A DNA stretch of 64,000 nt from Tubiluchus corallicola (lineage: Eukaryota; Animalia; Priapulida), in assembly GCA_030141605.1 (NCBI GenBank), contig JAQGDQ010000026.1, positions 62,001 through 126,000 of the forward strand, written 5' to 3'. Every line of letters begins with the position of its first letter. The stretch's first letter is position 1. Below the pieces are notes generated by a model. That model worked only from the letters and a program-made list of their open reading frames with translations. It did no database searches and had not been told where the DNA came from. The translations under genes and the position numbers were made by a program. Shown one piece after another: positions 25,826 to 45,480 of this stretch.

Positions 25826-27905
25826 ACGACCACACAGCTGCCCGCCCCCGAATTCTGAAATCATGCAGGTTTTACAGTTTTACTTTAATTTTATGTTGCC
25901 TTTGTCACTTTGTCATTTGTGTCGGTACTCGGTACTCTATGAATTGAAAAGAAACTGCACTGTGCGCGAGACCCTTGCCGATAAATTGCTTTCTAAATAT
26001 GTACACGTAGTCTAGCACATAGATTCCTAAACGGGTGGTGGATTTGGCTCGCTGAAGGAGGAACTGCAAATCTGGGGTTAAGAATTTGAGCCAACACCTG
26101 AGAAAATTCGAAAAACTAGAAGAACCTCGCGAACAGGAAAGGAGAGTACGATGTATACAAGACTATAAGACCAATTATGAATTAGTAGCCATCTAATAAA
26201 TGTCAGGTCAGAGTCAGAGTGAATTGTCTTTCGGTGGCTATATAACAAGCGTTCTTGATGAGGGTTTTCGAAAAGGCTATGTGATGATAGCGTGACCTTT
26301 CTAACAAACATTTGGATACTGATTAAATCAAGTCCAGATTTCATGATTCATTGAAAGAATAACCACTTTTTTATTTCCTTGTAATTAAAAAAAAATAGTT
26401 TCATAAATCATTTCAGAAGTTATGTTGAAAATGCATAGGTATCCTAGTGCATAGTGAAAAATTATCGAAAGACAATTTTAATAGGACGCAATTGAAGAAA
26501 CCAAGATCGCAAGAGGATGAATGTGGACTCGGACTCTGAGAACCACTGGATAGCCATTTAAACATGCAGAATTAGGCAATATATATATTTTTTTATCTAT
26601 ATATCATGTCGTTCGCAACTTGTAACACTTGTAACGCTAAAACAATAATTTTCTTTCTCCTTTGCAAAAGCTGTTCGTTGATTAATTTAATTAAAAAACC
26701 ATAAACAAGCTTAAATGCTATTCCTTCTTACTGTCCAATGGGCTTTATATTGGTTTTACGTACCTTATTAATGTTCTCAGTACATTTAAACGTGACAATT
26801 TTTTTATTATCCTTTGTACGAATTTAATGCATGGACTGATAAATCCGTGATTTGCCATCCATTTTATTATATGTTACCGGTATACCTTTCCGTTGACAAG
26901 ATTTAGTATCAGATAATCATACGGTACTTAGTATCAGCATGTATATAGAAAATCGCTTAAAAAATTATACGGAAACAGTCAAATATCTTATACTCCTGCA
27001 TGTTTTACAAAATGGATTCGACCAATCAGCTAATTTGTCACACATATTGTTCCTTGTACTTTTCAAGCACAAGGGAAATAGTTATGTCTGAACAGGATGA
27101 AATCAATGCGAAATAAACATTCAAGAATGAAATACTCACTTAATTATTTCATTTAATTCATTACAGTAGAAACGTTAGTAACAACAAACATCTAAGTGGT
27201 AATTAAAAATCATTGAATCTTGTTTGACACTCATAATTTAATATCGTTTCAAAGTATATGCTACTATAACTTTTGATTTTCTTGCTCCTTATTTAACTTA
27301 TGAGTTGCGTATTGTATTTTTAATTTAATCATTCATTTGTTATGAAATTAGTTATTAATATTTTTATTTAGAATGTCTAGATTTTCGTTCTTTTTCTCTA
27401 ACTGTCTTTAAAGTGAGATTCATATATAAATACCTACATTAAAAAACGTAGTCTGCACTACAAATGTTTTTTTAAAAATAACATACACCGTACACCTTAA
27501 GTCAATTTACATAAAATTTCAGTTAATAAATGTTATACAAACAAAACAGTGCAGACGTGCGCGAGCCATAATTAATACGTTGCATTTACTCCACCATATT
27601 TTATGTTAATTAAAAAACTGCACAGTTAGAGGCGGCAAAATATGGGAAAATAGTACTGCACCTCACGCTTTACTACTAGCATTATGTGCGGTGATAAGCG
27701 TATAATTATGTATATATAAAATCATCATTTTATATGTCATAAAACATAGCTATATAAATATAGCTAGTTATAAATGTATACATAAAAAAGTGACAAAGAC
27801 AAAAGCTTAAAACGCGTATAATTTTATATTATTTCCTAACAAACAATTCGTGCTGTGTATTCTGCCCAAGTGTAATATAAGCAGACAAATTTCTCATCCA
27901 AAAAC

Positions 27906-27936
<31 letters not shown>

Positions 27937-28377
27937 CATCATTTTTATTTTTTATACCTCTTTCCAAACGCTGATGAAATATTTGGTCACGCATTGAAAT
28001 CTAAACAACAAATCAATGGTACGGTTTTATCCCTCAGTCTGATTTATGGTTTTGACTAGAACTTGGGTTCGCACAAAAGTGGGCGTGTTCCAAGCACAGG
28101 TATGAATAACGCTTACGCGCATGTGCACAGGTAAGGGGCTGGCTCAATGCTATACACTAATTGGTACATATACAGAGGAAAATACTTCTGCACTTGCCTT
28201 TTGTACACATGTCTAAGCACATAAGGATCACTGATCAGTAAAGCTTTTACATTGTTCAAGATTATCACAGCTTAGCTAAAGTTTGGTTAAATGCACACGC
28301 AACTTCGACTCAGAGCATTCAACTGATGTGAATACGTGCAAAACGCCGATGCAGTCGAAAGGTACCTCCTCTGAACT

Positions 28378-30525
28378 ATGGCACTGTTATCTGCCTGCTC
28401 CTTATACGGTTTGAATCCCAGCGCCTACGATATTTTCAACAGGACATTATTTTTTCCAGACAATAAAGTTTTTTGCTTAAGAATGTCGGACAGTGTTCGT
28501 TGTCACAGCGAAGCGTTCTTGGAACCTTCAAATAATCCAGAACGAAGTTCGGACACAGCTCCTAATAAGTCTAGTTCATTTACAATTGATAGTATTCTAG
28601 CCAGAAGCCCTAAACCACAAACGCCAACAAGAAGATCGGAAATAGAAGCGAGGGTTGAGAGTGAAGCCATACAGAACACGCTGGAAGATCCGCGGATGCG
28701 TTTTTCCTGGTTACATTGTACAAGATACAAACCACCTAAACTACCCAGTAAGTACAAAACCAGTCTTCTCCAAAGAGATTTTATAACTGATAACTGCGTA
28801 CGTTTTTAAATTTTTAGTACCAGTGCGTCACAGTTGTCAGTTGGCATTCTTATCAGTTCCAGCGCTTTTGTTAATTATCTAAATTAGTTATAGATATACT
28901 GTATATATCTGCTCATTCATGGGCATATAAAATGATTTGGAAAAGCATTTCATTGAATTATTGACAGGAAATAAATACGATTCTAAAATGGACAAAAAAA
29001 ATTCGCATAGAATTAGAAAATTTAGTGCTGATAAAAATAAAAAGTTTAAAACTGATGTGTGCGAGGTCTTTCAGCAAGCAGAGGTATAATTATAATTGTT
29101 TTCGTACATTATACAGTCTGCATATGTAGAAAATTTGTGGCTTTGGATATTTTGCAGTTTCTATAAATTTTGCTTAAGTTGAGGAAGTTTATTTGGAGAC
29201 ATTTATATACGCGATCAAAGATGACAGCAGCTCATATCAATGAAGTCGTAAAAATAGAGCAAAATTTCTCATTTTTTCGTTCCATTGCGATTTTTATCGA
29301 CATGATACTGCATATCCACATTTTCTATCTCTGTACAGTGGAAAAAAACTATCGTTTTAGGTTTTTGTTTCACAAACAACTTTGCAAAGAAAACTATAAA
29401 ACAAAAAGCTGAAAAAAATGGTAGAATTGGAGTTATTATTGGATCAAATAGGAAGAAAAAAGTCCTCAGCGTGTCGGTATCCAGTTGCGTAGCACCAGCT
29501 GTATAAAAATTTACAATTTTCCATTTACATAGGATGTTGAAATTTTATTCAAGTTGCAAAAGGATTTCCTTGCAAAATAATAACAATATGGTGGATAGAG
29601 CTTGAACTTGTCTTCTGCAAAATTTAATTTTATTTTATTTATTGTGCCTTCATACATTGTAATAGTACAGGAAGTTAAGCAGATTGGTAATATAAAAAAA
29701 TCAGAGGAGTTAATAAATTATGTTATTTAATGAACAATATTAACAGCATTATAGTTATATTTTTTTAAAAATATTTATTTAAAAAAGTAATGTTGTACCA
29801 AAAAAATGTAAGCAAAAACTGCAACATTATATCACCACGTATTTAATTCCATATCTGACGTGACGTAACGTCAATAGATTTATTTAAAAATGGACGTTTC
29901 TGTTGACTTAACAATACAACATTAATATGACATGGAAATCTTGATCAATTTCATAAACCTATGTAATATATAGTACATGTGCGTATGATCCCTACGTAAA
30001 TTGAAGCGGGTTAATGGCTCCAATGACTTCATCTTATCATTTTTGACAATTTGTACAGTTTGCGTAAGACGAAAGAGTGAGAGGATAGTATACTTCTTAC
30101 TTCCAAATCGGACTTTTTCACTAGTGAAACTACGTATGACGCCTATTCTTCATTAACCGATTAAGTGACAAGTAACCGTTTAATCGATGTTTCCTTCCCG
30201 CTGCGAAATATGTAGCATGTATCCGCATTATTGATTTAATGATTATTCTGATTTCAATTTAATTTTCATGAAGGTGTGCAAACTATTTTTTGTGCGGATT
30301 TGGTTTCAATTTAGGCATTTAACGATTTATGGCATTTCTGAAACTGTGTTGTTGCCGTTGTTGGTATCGCTGCTGTTGCTATTGTTCTGATTGTTGTCTT
30401 GTTGTTGCTGTCTCTGCTACTGATGTTTATGTTTCATTCTTTTATTGATGTTATTTGTCACATCATTGCATCTTCTGTCGACAATGATAAAAATGAATGA
30501 GCAAATGAATGCATGGAAGATATTA

Positions 30526-30571
<46 letters not shown>

Positions 30572-33500
30572 CGATGACGATGACAGCGATGTTAAAGACT
30601 TTGGGGAGACGAGGACAATTATGCCACCATTATTTAAACTAGATTCCAACAATCAAGTCTGCAAAATAAAGTCTTGCGTTTTAGCTTAGGGTGGCTATAT
30701 TTGACCCGAATCTTACCGGAGAAACGGCAACAATTAACGTTTCGTAAACCGCAACATTTTTCAGCTTCTCTAATTATGAAATCCAAATACATAATTGCAA
30801 CTTATTCAGAACTCTGCAGCCCGTCCAGTTTAAAACTTAGGCCTACTGTAAAAACACAGCTATATCTAATAGACTTATATTATTATCAATTCACCGCCAC
30901 GGTCGCAGACCAAAAAATTTGTCGTTGTTTTGGATAGAGATGGTTTTTTGTAACCATCTAGGACTTTTTCCATATTTTCCTGAATCTGACAATTTCGCAA
31001 TATTTTTCATAATTTATATCACAGCATTTTGCACTAACATGAATGTATGACCTATATTAGGACGATGTGAATATTCATAAACAGTTCATATGAATATTAA
31101 ACCCATAAAAAAACTTTAATTAAAAGCTATTTGCTAATTCAATTGTTTAAGACATGGTTGTCATAATCCAGACCTTAAAATACTTTTGGATTTAAAAGAG
31201 TCAGTAAAGTGGCTTATTTTTGAAAACGTTGATAGCTATAAAACGATAAAGTATGAGAACAGGGCATCATTTATATTTCTTAAAATTTCTATATTTCTAT
31301 ATCAAGCAAATACCAATATAAGGAGAGATTTTGTAGTTTCGTTGTATTTTTTGTATCGTGTGAAAAAAACTTATAGCAAATCTGTTTAAAATATGTTCAA
31401 AAGATAATTTTAAATATTTCTTCGCCAACGGAATTGTTAAAGTGTGAAATACCTTGCCACCCACATGGGTTTCCTTTAATATGTTCCCAAACAAAACATT
31501 TGTTCAAAATAAAAATAAAAAATGTTAAACACAAAATTAAGTAGGGAAACTTCTTTGCGTTTTTAAACCACATCCCAAAATCTCTCGTTTCACACTTTGT
31601 ATTTTAATAGTTTTTCTTTTTTATTTTAATTCAATTATATTGTTCTTAGGTTTTTCATATGTTTAATTAACTCTTCATCTTTGTACATAAAATGCTATTC
31701 TGTACTATGGATTATGTGAATGTAAATAAAAATAATCCAGAGCGCTGAATTACAGTGCTGGTTTCATGCTTGCGGATGTAGGAATTTTTGGGTAATTCTC
31801 TGGTTCACCCATGCAAACTGCAGTTTGAAAACGATTGCTTCCCAATTCTCTAGGTGATTCCAAGATTACAACATGAATAGCAAACTATTGATCAGACGGC
31901 AACAGCCCAATTTGTGCATTTTCCTCTTCGCTTAAGTTGTATGCGGCAAACAACACAAGCGATACCAAAATTCTATATGTATCGATAGTATCTTCTAATT
32001 CCCCATTCAAATTGTTAAAATCCTGTCTAAACGTTTACAGACAATTTTGCTTCCTAATCCACGATGGAGACGGCTAAATGCTCATGGTGAAGGTGTGTTG
32101 CGGCTATTTTGTTAAAACTGTCAGTGCTAATTTCAGCTCACGTCACTTTATCAGCTAAATCCCTGCTCTACATACTTTCCTATTTAGCTGAGGCGACGAC
32201 CATTTTCTGTTAAATGGACCCAATATAAAGCGGTTTACAGATGCGCAAGGATAGGTTTATTTATCTGATGAGCTGCTTAGAATTTTAGTGACGCTCTACT
32301 GCTTTATTAAAGGATGAACGTATAAAATAATTGCTTTGGTATCAGCAAAATAAAAAAGAAAACAACCAATCGAATGCTGTTGCCAAAGGTGTACGCAATT
32401 GGTTTTTTTTGTCTGTTAGCCACCAAAAGCGCTGCCAGAACATACTCTTACCTGTTGTTATTCACAAAATAGACATGCAAATTCTCAAAAATTTCACACA
32501 CACCTTTAACTGGCTAAATGAAAAATTTTCGGCAATATCTTATTAAAGAAATTTTTATAGACGAAAGTTGTGGTAATAATCGCGCCAATAAATTTATAAA
32601 TTATCAGCGTCAAGTGGTTGAAGACCTAATGTGAAAGCGGTTTTCATAAATTCAGTGGCTCATGTAACAAAAATTTACTAATAAAATTTCGTCGTATTTT
32701 TAATTTTTTATTTGGAGAGTTAAAAGCTCGTATTCTAACTCGAATCCAAGAAAACAGTCACAGGTAAAAAAGTCATAGAAAAAAGTCACAGGAAAAAGGC
32801 ACAATAAAAAGGAATAACCCCAACCCTATAACCATTAATCCTAAAGCTAACCCTAACCCCTAACCACAACTCTCACCCCAGCAAAAATCAATTGTGATTT
32901 TTTTCCTGTCACCTGTGATCTTTTTTCTAACCAAAATTGTGACATTTTTTCGTGACTTTTTCCATGTGACTTTATTACAGGTCACCTTCTAACTCGCCAC
33001 TCATTAGCGCACCAAGGACCTAATACTTGCTTCGTCCAAATTATTAAACAACGGTTTGCTAGTTAACATGTAGACCTAAGTTTCAAATTAAACTTTCTTA
33101 TCAAAAATACTGATCGCGCCAAACAAATTGCAGGCAAGAAAACCGAGGCTAGGACCTAAGCTCGTGGACTTCTTGTTTATGTACATTATAACAACGCGAT
33201 AACATTACTTTATGAAAATCTACTGACCTTTTTAAGAGTTAAGCTTGCATTGCCGTATTTTTTGGGCTGTTCCAAAATTAGTTTCAATGCATGGGATTGG
33301 AACAAAATATTTTCTATTAACAGTTGTGTTTGGCTATATGAAGTTAATTGGTAATTAAATAACGGGTCAAAATTCTTGCAGGAGTTAAACGCAAAGACGG
33401 ACCCCAGAAGCGAAAGCTTGGTCGCAATCCCAGAATTCCATTTTCGCCTGCTCAAGTGGCAGCTCTGGATCAAAAATTTCGCTCCACCCACTACCTCAGC

Positions 33501-33664
33501 AGCATGGACGTAGCTGAACTGTCGGCTTCTTTAAATTTATCTGAAACTCGGGTAAGTTAGGCTTCATTTTCATTTTTCAGCAGTCTGATACACAGTTTGG
33601 CTAAATGAAACGTAATCAATAGTAGAATTATATTTGTGGGAACTTAATAAAATATAATTGTAAA

Positions 33665-33730
<66 letters not shown>

Positions 33731-36388
33731 GGTATATATATATATATACCATACGATGACGAAGTAAATAATAGTGTGAATTCGTTGTTGTTATTCGCTC
33801 CAATTGAGACGGCGGCATTTAAAAGTGTAAGCTTTTGTTAGGTGTATACTGAAGATTAGCAGGAGCTCTCGCGTTTGGGAATTCACTAAGCAAATAGAGG
33901 TGATGTCTCCTAAATGAACACCAGATCTCTCAACCACGAATTTGTATAAATTGTAGTTAATTTGTTCTAGCCTTCAGTTTCTTAGGACCAAGTGTTTAGC
34001 TGTTTATAATTTTTCGTTGCTTACTTTTTTTGCTTGTTTGTACAGTGTTAATAAATCGGCTTAAAGTTAAACACTTGCAAATAAGATAGACTACTTAGTA
34101 AGCATAACCATACATGGTGCAGCAGTTTGTCAAAGACGTTTTATATGGCTTCTTCAAAACAATCTGACCGCGCAAATTGTTAGTGTTGATCACTTTGGTG
34201 ACTGTGCAAATTTAATTCTTCGTATGGGTACAATTAAGGGAAAATCACACAGTTAACAACATGATGCTTCAAACCATCACTGTGATTTGTCGTTGTGTTT
34301 ATACGTGAATGATTAGAAAAAGCAAAAAAAATCATTCAATCATCTCATGAGTTCTAGGCCTCCTCTATAAGACAATGTAACCATGGCGAATGATTTAACA
34401 CTTCTGTGTTTTTTCTCGTGGTCTTTATTCAATATTTGTTCGTGCTTTTTTCTTTGTGATTTTGAAAAAGGCAGTATTTAATAAGTTTGTGATTTCTTCC
34501 CTTTTGTCATCGTTCACCTGACGATAAGCCACAGTGGTAGTTTCAAACATCGTGTTCTCTCTTTTTTCTTAATTTAACGATTTTTTTGTTAGCCAATTAC
34601 AAATCCTTTGTGCATGTTCCTTTTCTATTTGATGGACGCGTGTATCTTTCATTTTCTTTAATTGTGTTTCTTGTTTTTCATTAACTGAACCTATTCTGTT
34701 TTCGTTTGAATATCTTGGCGGTACATCGTCACACTGCACAGCCTGCCCGCATCAACTTCAGTAACACGGACAAAAGATATAAATTTATAAGTGCGCCAGC
34801 GTCACATTAATAAACAAACATAACCAAACAATTAGAATCTATTTAACCACATGAGCGAATCACGACAGGTAGCTGTAATAACGAACGTTTACAAGCTTTA
34901 CCTGAATCGCTGTAGCGGCACAACTTTTGATCAGCGCTACAAAGAACCACAACTGGTCACCAAAAAAGCGTCTCAGTAACAAGTTGATTTGTCGCTGAAA
35001 TCAAATTACAGACCGTCTGTGAACTATGAATCAATTGTAACGCCCGGCGAACGCATAAATGACTTGCAAATTCCGAATTAAAGTACTAAATTGGTGTTAG
35101 AATAACATGATCTAACAATGTCCAGCGTGGTTTGCGAGTCAATAAACTACTTCGGGCGGCAGTAAAGACCCGCTGTGGTTTTGTAACGAAACAAGGTAGC
35201 TAATAATCGCCTCACTTTTCGGCTTCTTTCGTCTACACTGGGCGCTATTATCCAATTGCATAAAGGATATACATTATAGCATCTTGTTGCAATCTGTTTG
35301 CGGTTTGAGACGTTAGACCTAACAAAGCTTACATAATAATAGGCCTAATCCAGGTAATGAACTTTCATCATTGACCGCTGTATCAGTTAGCTTTAGTACT
35401 TGTGCAGGTGTAATTACTTGTGGCACGTGGCACGCTGAGCAAATGCGTTGTGTAACTGTGCCTAGGGATTTTATGCTTCTATGTTTCTCCCTTGTTTTTA
35501 ATTGCTGTGCTTCTGTTTTTTTGTGCAAGCTTGTCCTGTTTAGTGTGATTTCTTTGCGTTAATCTAAACCAAAAACTCTAAAAAAATCAATTCAGTAGTT
35601 TCAGCAATTCCTTGCGATTTTTTCTCTTTTTTGGCCAGAAGAACTACAGTGGTAGTTTGAAAAATTGTGTTTTCTTTCTTTTTCCTTGTTTTTGTTTTGG
35701 GATTTTTTTCTTCATTTAAGGTATTATTTAACTATCAGAAGTTAGTAGGTCTTATTCGTACAATGGCGCAGATTTAAGTGGATAAAAACAGGGTTCGTTA
35801 TGCCAAATAAGCTTAAAAGGTTGCTTTTATGAATTACAATTTAATGAGGATTACTGGAGCAAGAGTCCAATTAAATGAGATTGTTTGTTCAACTCGCAAA
35901 CAAATATTAATGATCGAATACGATTGCAGCCAGTATTTCAAATTGTTCCAAGATGCGACAATACCGTCTACAAAACTACAGTATTCATCTGAATCTGCAT
36001 CTCACCGCTGTATAGGTTTGCAAAGTATTCTTAATCAAATACATTTTTACAGGTTAAAATATGGTTCCAGAACAGACGTGCTCGCGAGCGACGAGGCAAA
36101 GTGAATCACAGCAATATCTTAACCACACAATCATCTACGCCACCTGCTGCAGGAATATCACCAAACTCTTCCAGTACATCGACATCATCTGCTACCTTAA
36201 TGGCACACCTAGCAAGCTCATGCAGTGAAAGTCATGGACTACAAACGGCTAGCAGATATTCTGTAATTGCACCCTCAATGCCTGATGCTGCCACACTGGC
36301 ACAGTTTACAATGGCACTACAGCAGGGTAACTCAGCGTTCACTCCCATGGGGGCGTTCACGTATAGGCCTACATCGCATGCCGAATAA
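28378..36388 (+). CDS. Msxlx: Msxlx (Msx-like, ANTP class/NKL) homeobox transcription factor. Exons 28378 (or 28483)-28747, 33382-33551, 36053-36388
   Basis: An eh1 Groucho-binding motif (SSFTIDSIL), the conserved WLHCTRYKPPKLP motif, and the homeodomain GRNPRIPFSPAQVAALDQKFRSTHYLSSMDVAELSASLNLSETR|VKIWFQNRRARERRGK with Q50. The homeodomain intron falls between codons 44 and 45. Introns are GT-AG with phases 1 and 0. RNPRIPF, HYLS..DV and RRARERR are Msxlx-type residues. Confidence 0.9.
30340..30590. repeat. (GTT/GCT)n and (GAT)n microsatellites in Msxlx intron 1
   Basis: Visible arrays; they explain the poly-Met and poly-Ser ORFs. Confidence 0.85.
32742..32986. mobile_element. MULE/foldback-like MITE with a telomere-like core
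   Basis: Direct repeat ttctaactc(g) on both sides (32733-32742 and 32987-32996). Tandem aaaagtcaca units on the left and inverted tgtgactttt units on the right. The centre is degenerate (TAACCC)n. Confidence 0.75.
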
Positions 36389-37913
36389 ACAGAAAATTTG
36401 TAAAAACAATGCAAGTTTGCCATATGAAAATAGAAACTAAAATTACTGGAAAAACAAACGAGTAAAAAATTAGACAAATTCTACTAAAAACGAAATAGTG
36501 AAGAAAAATGAAATTTGTTACCAAGCCAGTCTAAAGTTTGCTAGTTGTAAACACAGAAGTAAACAAAATAATGATAAAAATGTAAACATGTTTGTGTAAA
36601 TTATGTTGTAAATAAGTATCAGACATGTATTTTCCAACGTTTTTAAGTCTGACTAAAGTAATGTTATTAAATACAGAAAATGTTTACCCCTCAGTAGTTG
36701 TCGTGATAATGAGCATTGTTTGCAATTAAAAGAAAAAATGACATTTTCCACTGGACAATGATGCCATTTATATCTCTTACATTTATGTATACGTCACCTG
36801 TATAAGCATATAAACTACATGACAATTTTATAAATCTAAATTAAGTGTACATGTATATGTGGTTGTTTTATTTAACTTTGGCCTAAATGACTAAAATGCG
36901 AATATTTATATTCACTAATATCTCAAGGCAATGAATAACCCAAATCGGGTCAAACAAGAACTGTTGCAATGAACAACTAAAATATACCACGCATGACAAT
37001 TTGATAATCAACCTGATATATATATTATGTTTCTATAAATATACATATAAAGCGTTAGTCTGCAGCTGATAGACTTTTCATGTGAGCAGAAATATTTCTA
37101 GTTCACATGTATCATGCACATATAGTATTACTACTAATGATATACATAAATAGCAATTAACACAGCAATGTAAATACAAGCACAAAACAATTTGGTGGTT
37201 TGCTAATTAACTAAAGTAAGTTTAAATTTATCATTCCTGTATTAGCAATTAGCTTCTGACAATTGACAAAAAAATCACCAGCTATAAATAAAATTATATA
37301 TGCTGCATGTAAAAGTTTTCACACAAGTTTTACTATATACAACAAGTAATACTATCTAAGATATTATTGTAGAAAAGTAGATGAGTAATACTGCTTGTCA
37401 TATGATGTGTGCTAACGTATTAATCAATGAAAGGAGCAAAAGAGTAAAATCAACACATATAAAAGCAGTTCAATAATACCGGCATTATTACAAAAAAAAG
37501 ATGTCAGCAACTTAATAAAATGTGCATCCAGGGTTAATTTAAAAAAAACTATACGTGTGCATCAATAGCATAACTTGTTTTTGCTCTGATCTGATTGGAA
37601 CATTTTTAGTTAGCCAGACCACATAGCATCTAGCTTGGGCCATGTGCACCTGCAGTGACACTTACAGTTTTAGCGAAGTAGGTTGTTGCTGTTCGTGTTT
37701 TAGTACCATAGCAGAACATATACATACGGCTATTGTGGTGCCATACAGAAGATCCAGTTAAGCTCCAAAAACCATAAAAACATCAACACTGCTGGCGACA
37801 CTTACTATTTACAGTGTCATTTTATTGTGCTATTGAAATTAGGCACCAATATTCAATATATACAAAAACATTAAAAATTGAAACTTTATCGATTTTATGA
37901 ACATCCATGAAAA

Positions 37914-44528
<6,615 letters not shown>

Positions 44529-44694
44529 GCAGCTTTCAATTACTGATCCTGATGAAAAGAGAGAGTACTAAGAACAAAATTTCCAAAAAGTAATAAAGTT
44601 AAAATTAGTTGCCATACTGGTGTGGCAAAAGTACTTCCAAAGTATACTACCACATTATGTACCTACATAATGTAATATTGTCTAGGTTAGTAAG

Positions 44695-45480
44695 AGTGGT
44701 ATACCTCAGGGAACAATAAGTAGTCTATAATCTTTTATTTGATATGTAAACGATATCCGAGACTATGTTTCTTCCAATCGAGTCTCAATTTGACTGTAAA
44801 GTGCTTCAGTTTGACCTTGATTCTTTTCAAATAAGGTCTGATTAATGGCTTTGGCAACTGAAGCCTGTTATGTGTGCACTGTTACACTAGAGAAGCCACA
44901 TTAATTGTAATTATTCTATTAATGATAGAATAGTTTGTGAGGTTTCCAACTTAAAAGATCTAGGCGTGATCATTTTTAGTGATATGAAGTTTTAATGGTC
45001 ATATTACAGATCTAGGAAAGTAAGCTAATAGATGCATTGGTATGATAAAGCGAACTATAATCAGCAGAGATTCAAACATTTTGCAAAAAGTTATTTAAAA
45101 GTTTAGTTCATCCAGTTGTTCGAATATAATGACATTGTATGATCATCACAGTATATTGCATATATTCAATGTGCCTAAAGCAATTCGAAAGCATTGTCTT
45201 TGCTTAGTGCACAATACTGATTTATCATTGTATCTTTTCTAGAATAATAACGCATTACTATTGATTTGCCAAATGCATATAAGACTGATGACACTATCAC
45301 TGAATGATGATCCTCTACTGCAGTCAACTTACTTCTTTCTCACATCTTTTCTAGAGCTTTTCGTCAGCTTCAGAGCCACCCTGATAAACTTTTTTATTAG
45401 AACTAAAGTGTAGTTACAAAAAGCATTTTTTAGTCATCATGTGATTACAGTTTGGAATTATCTTCCAGGCAATCTGATTA
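44695..45480 (+). mobile_element. Decayed CR1 LINE ORF2 3' half
   Basis: Remnants SGIPQG (44695), KDLGV (~44954), KANRCIGMIKR (~45020) and an FF...V..WNYLP-like motif (~45430-45468). Confidence 0.7.
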
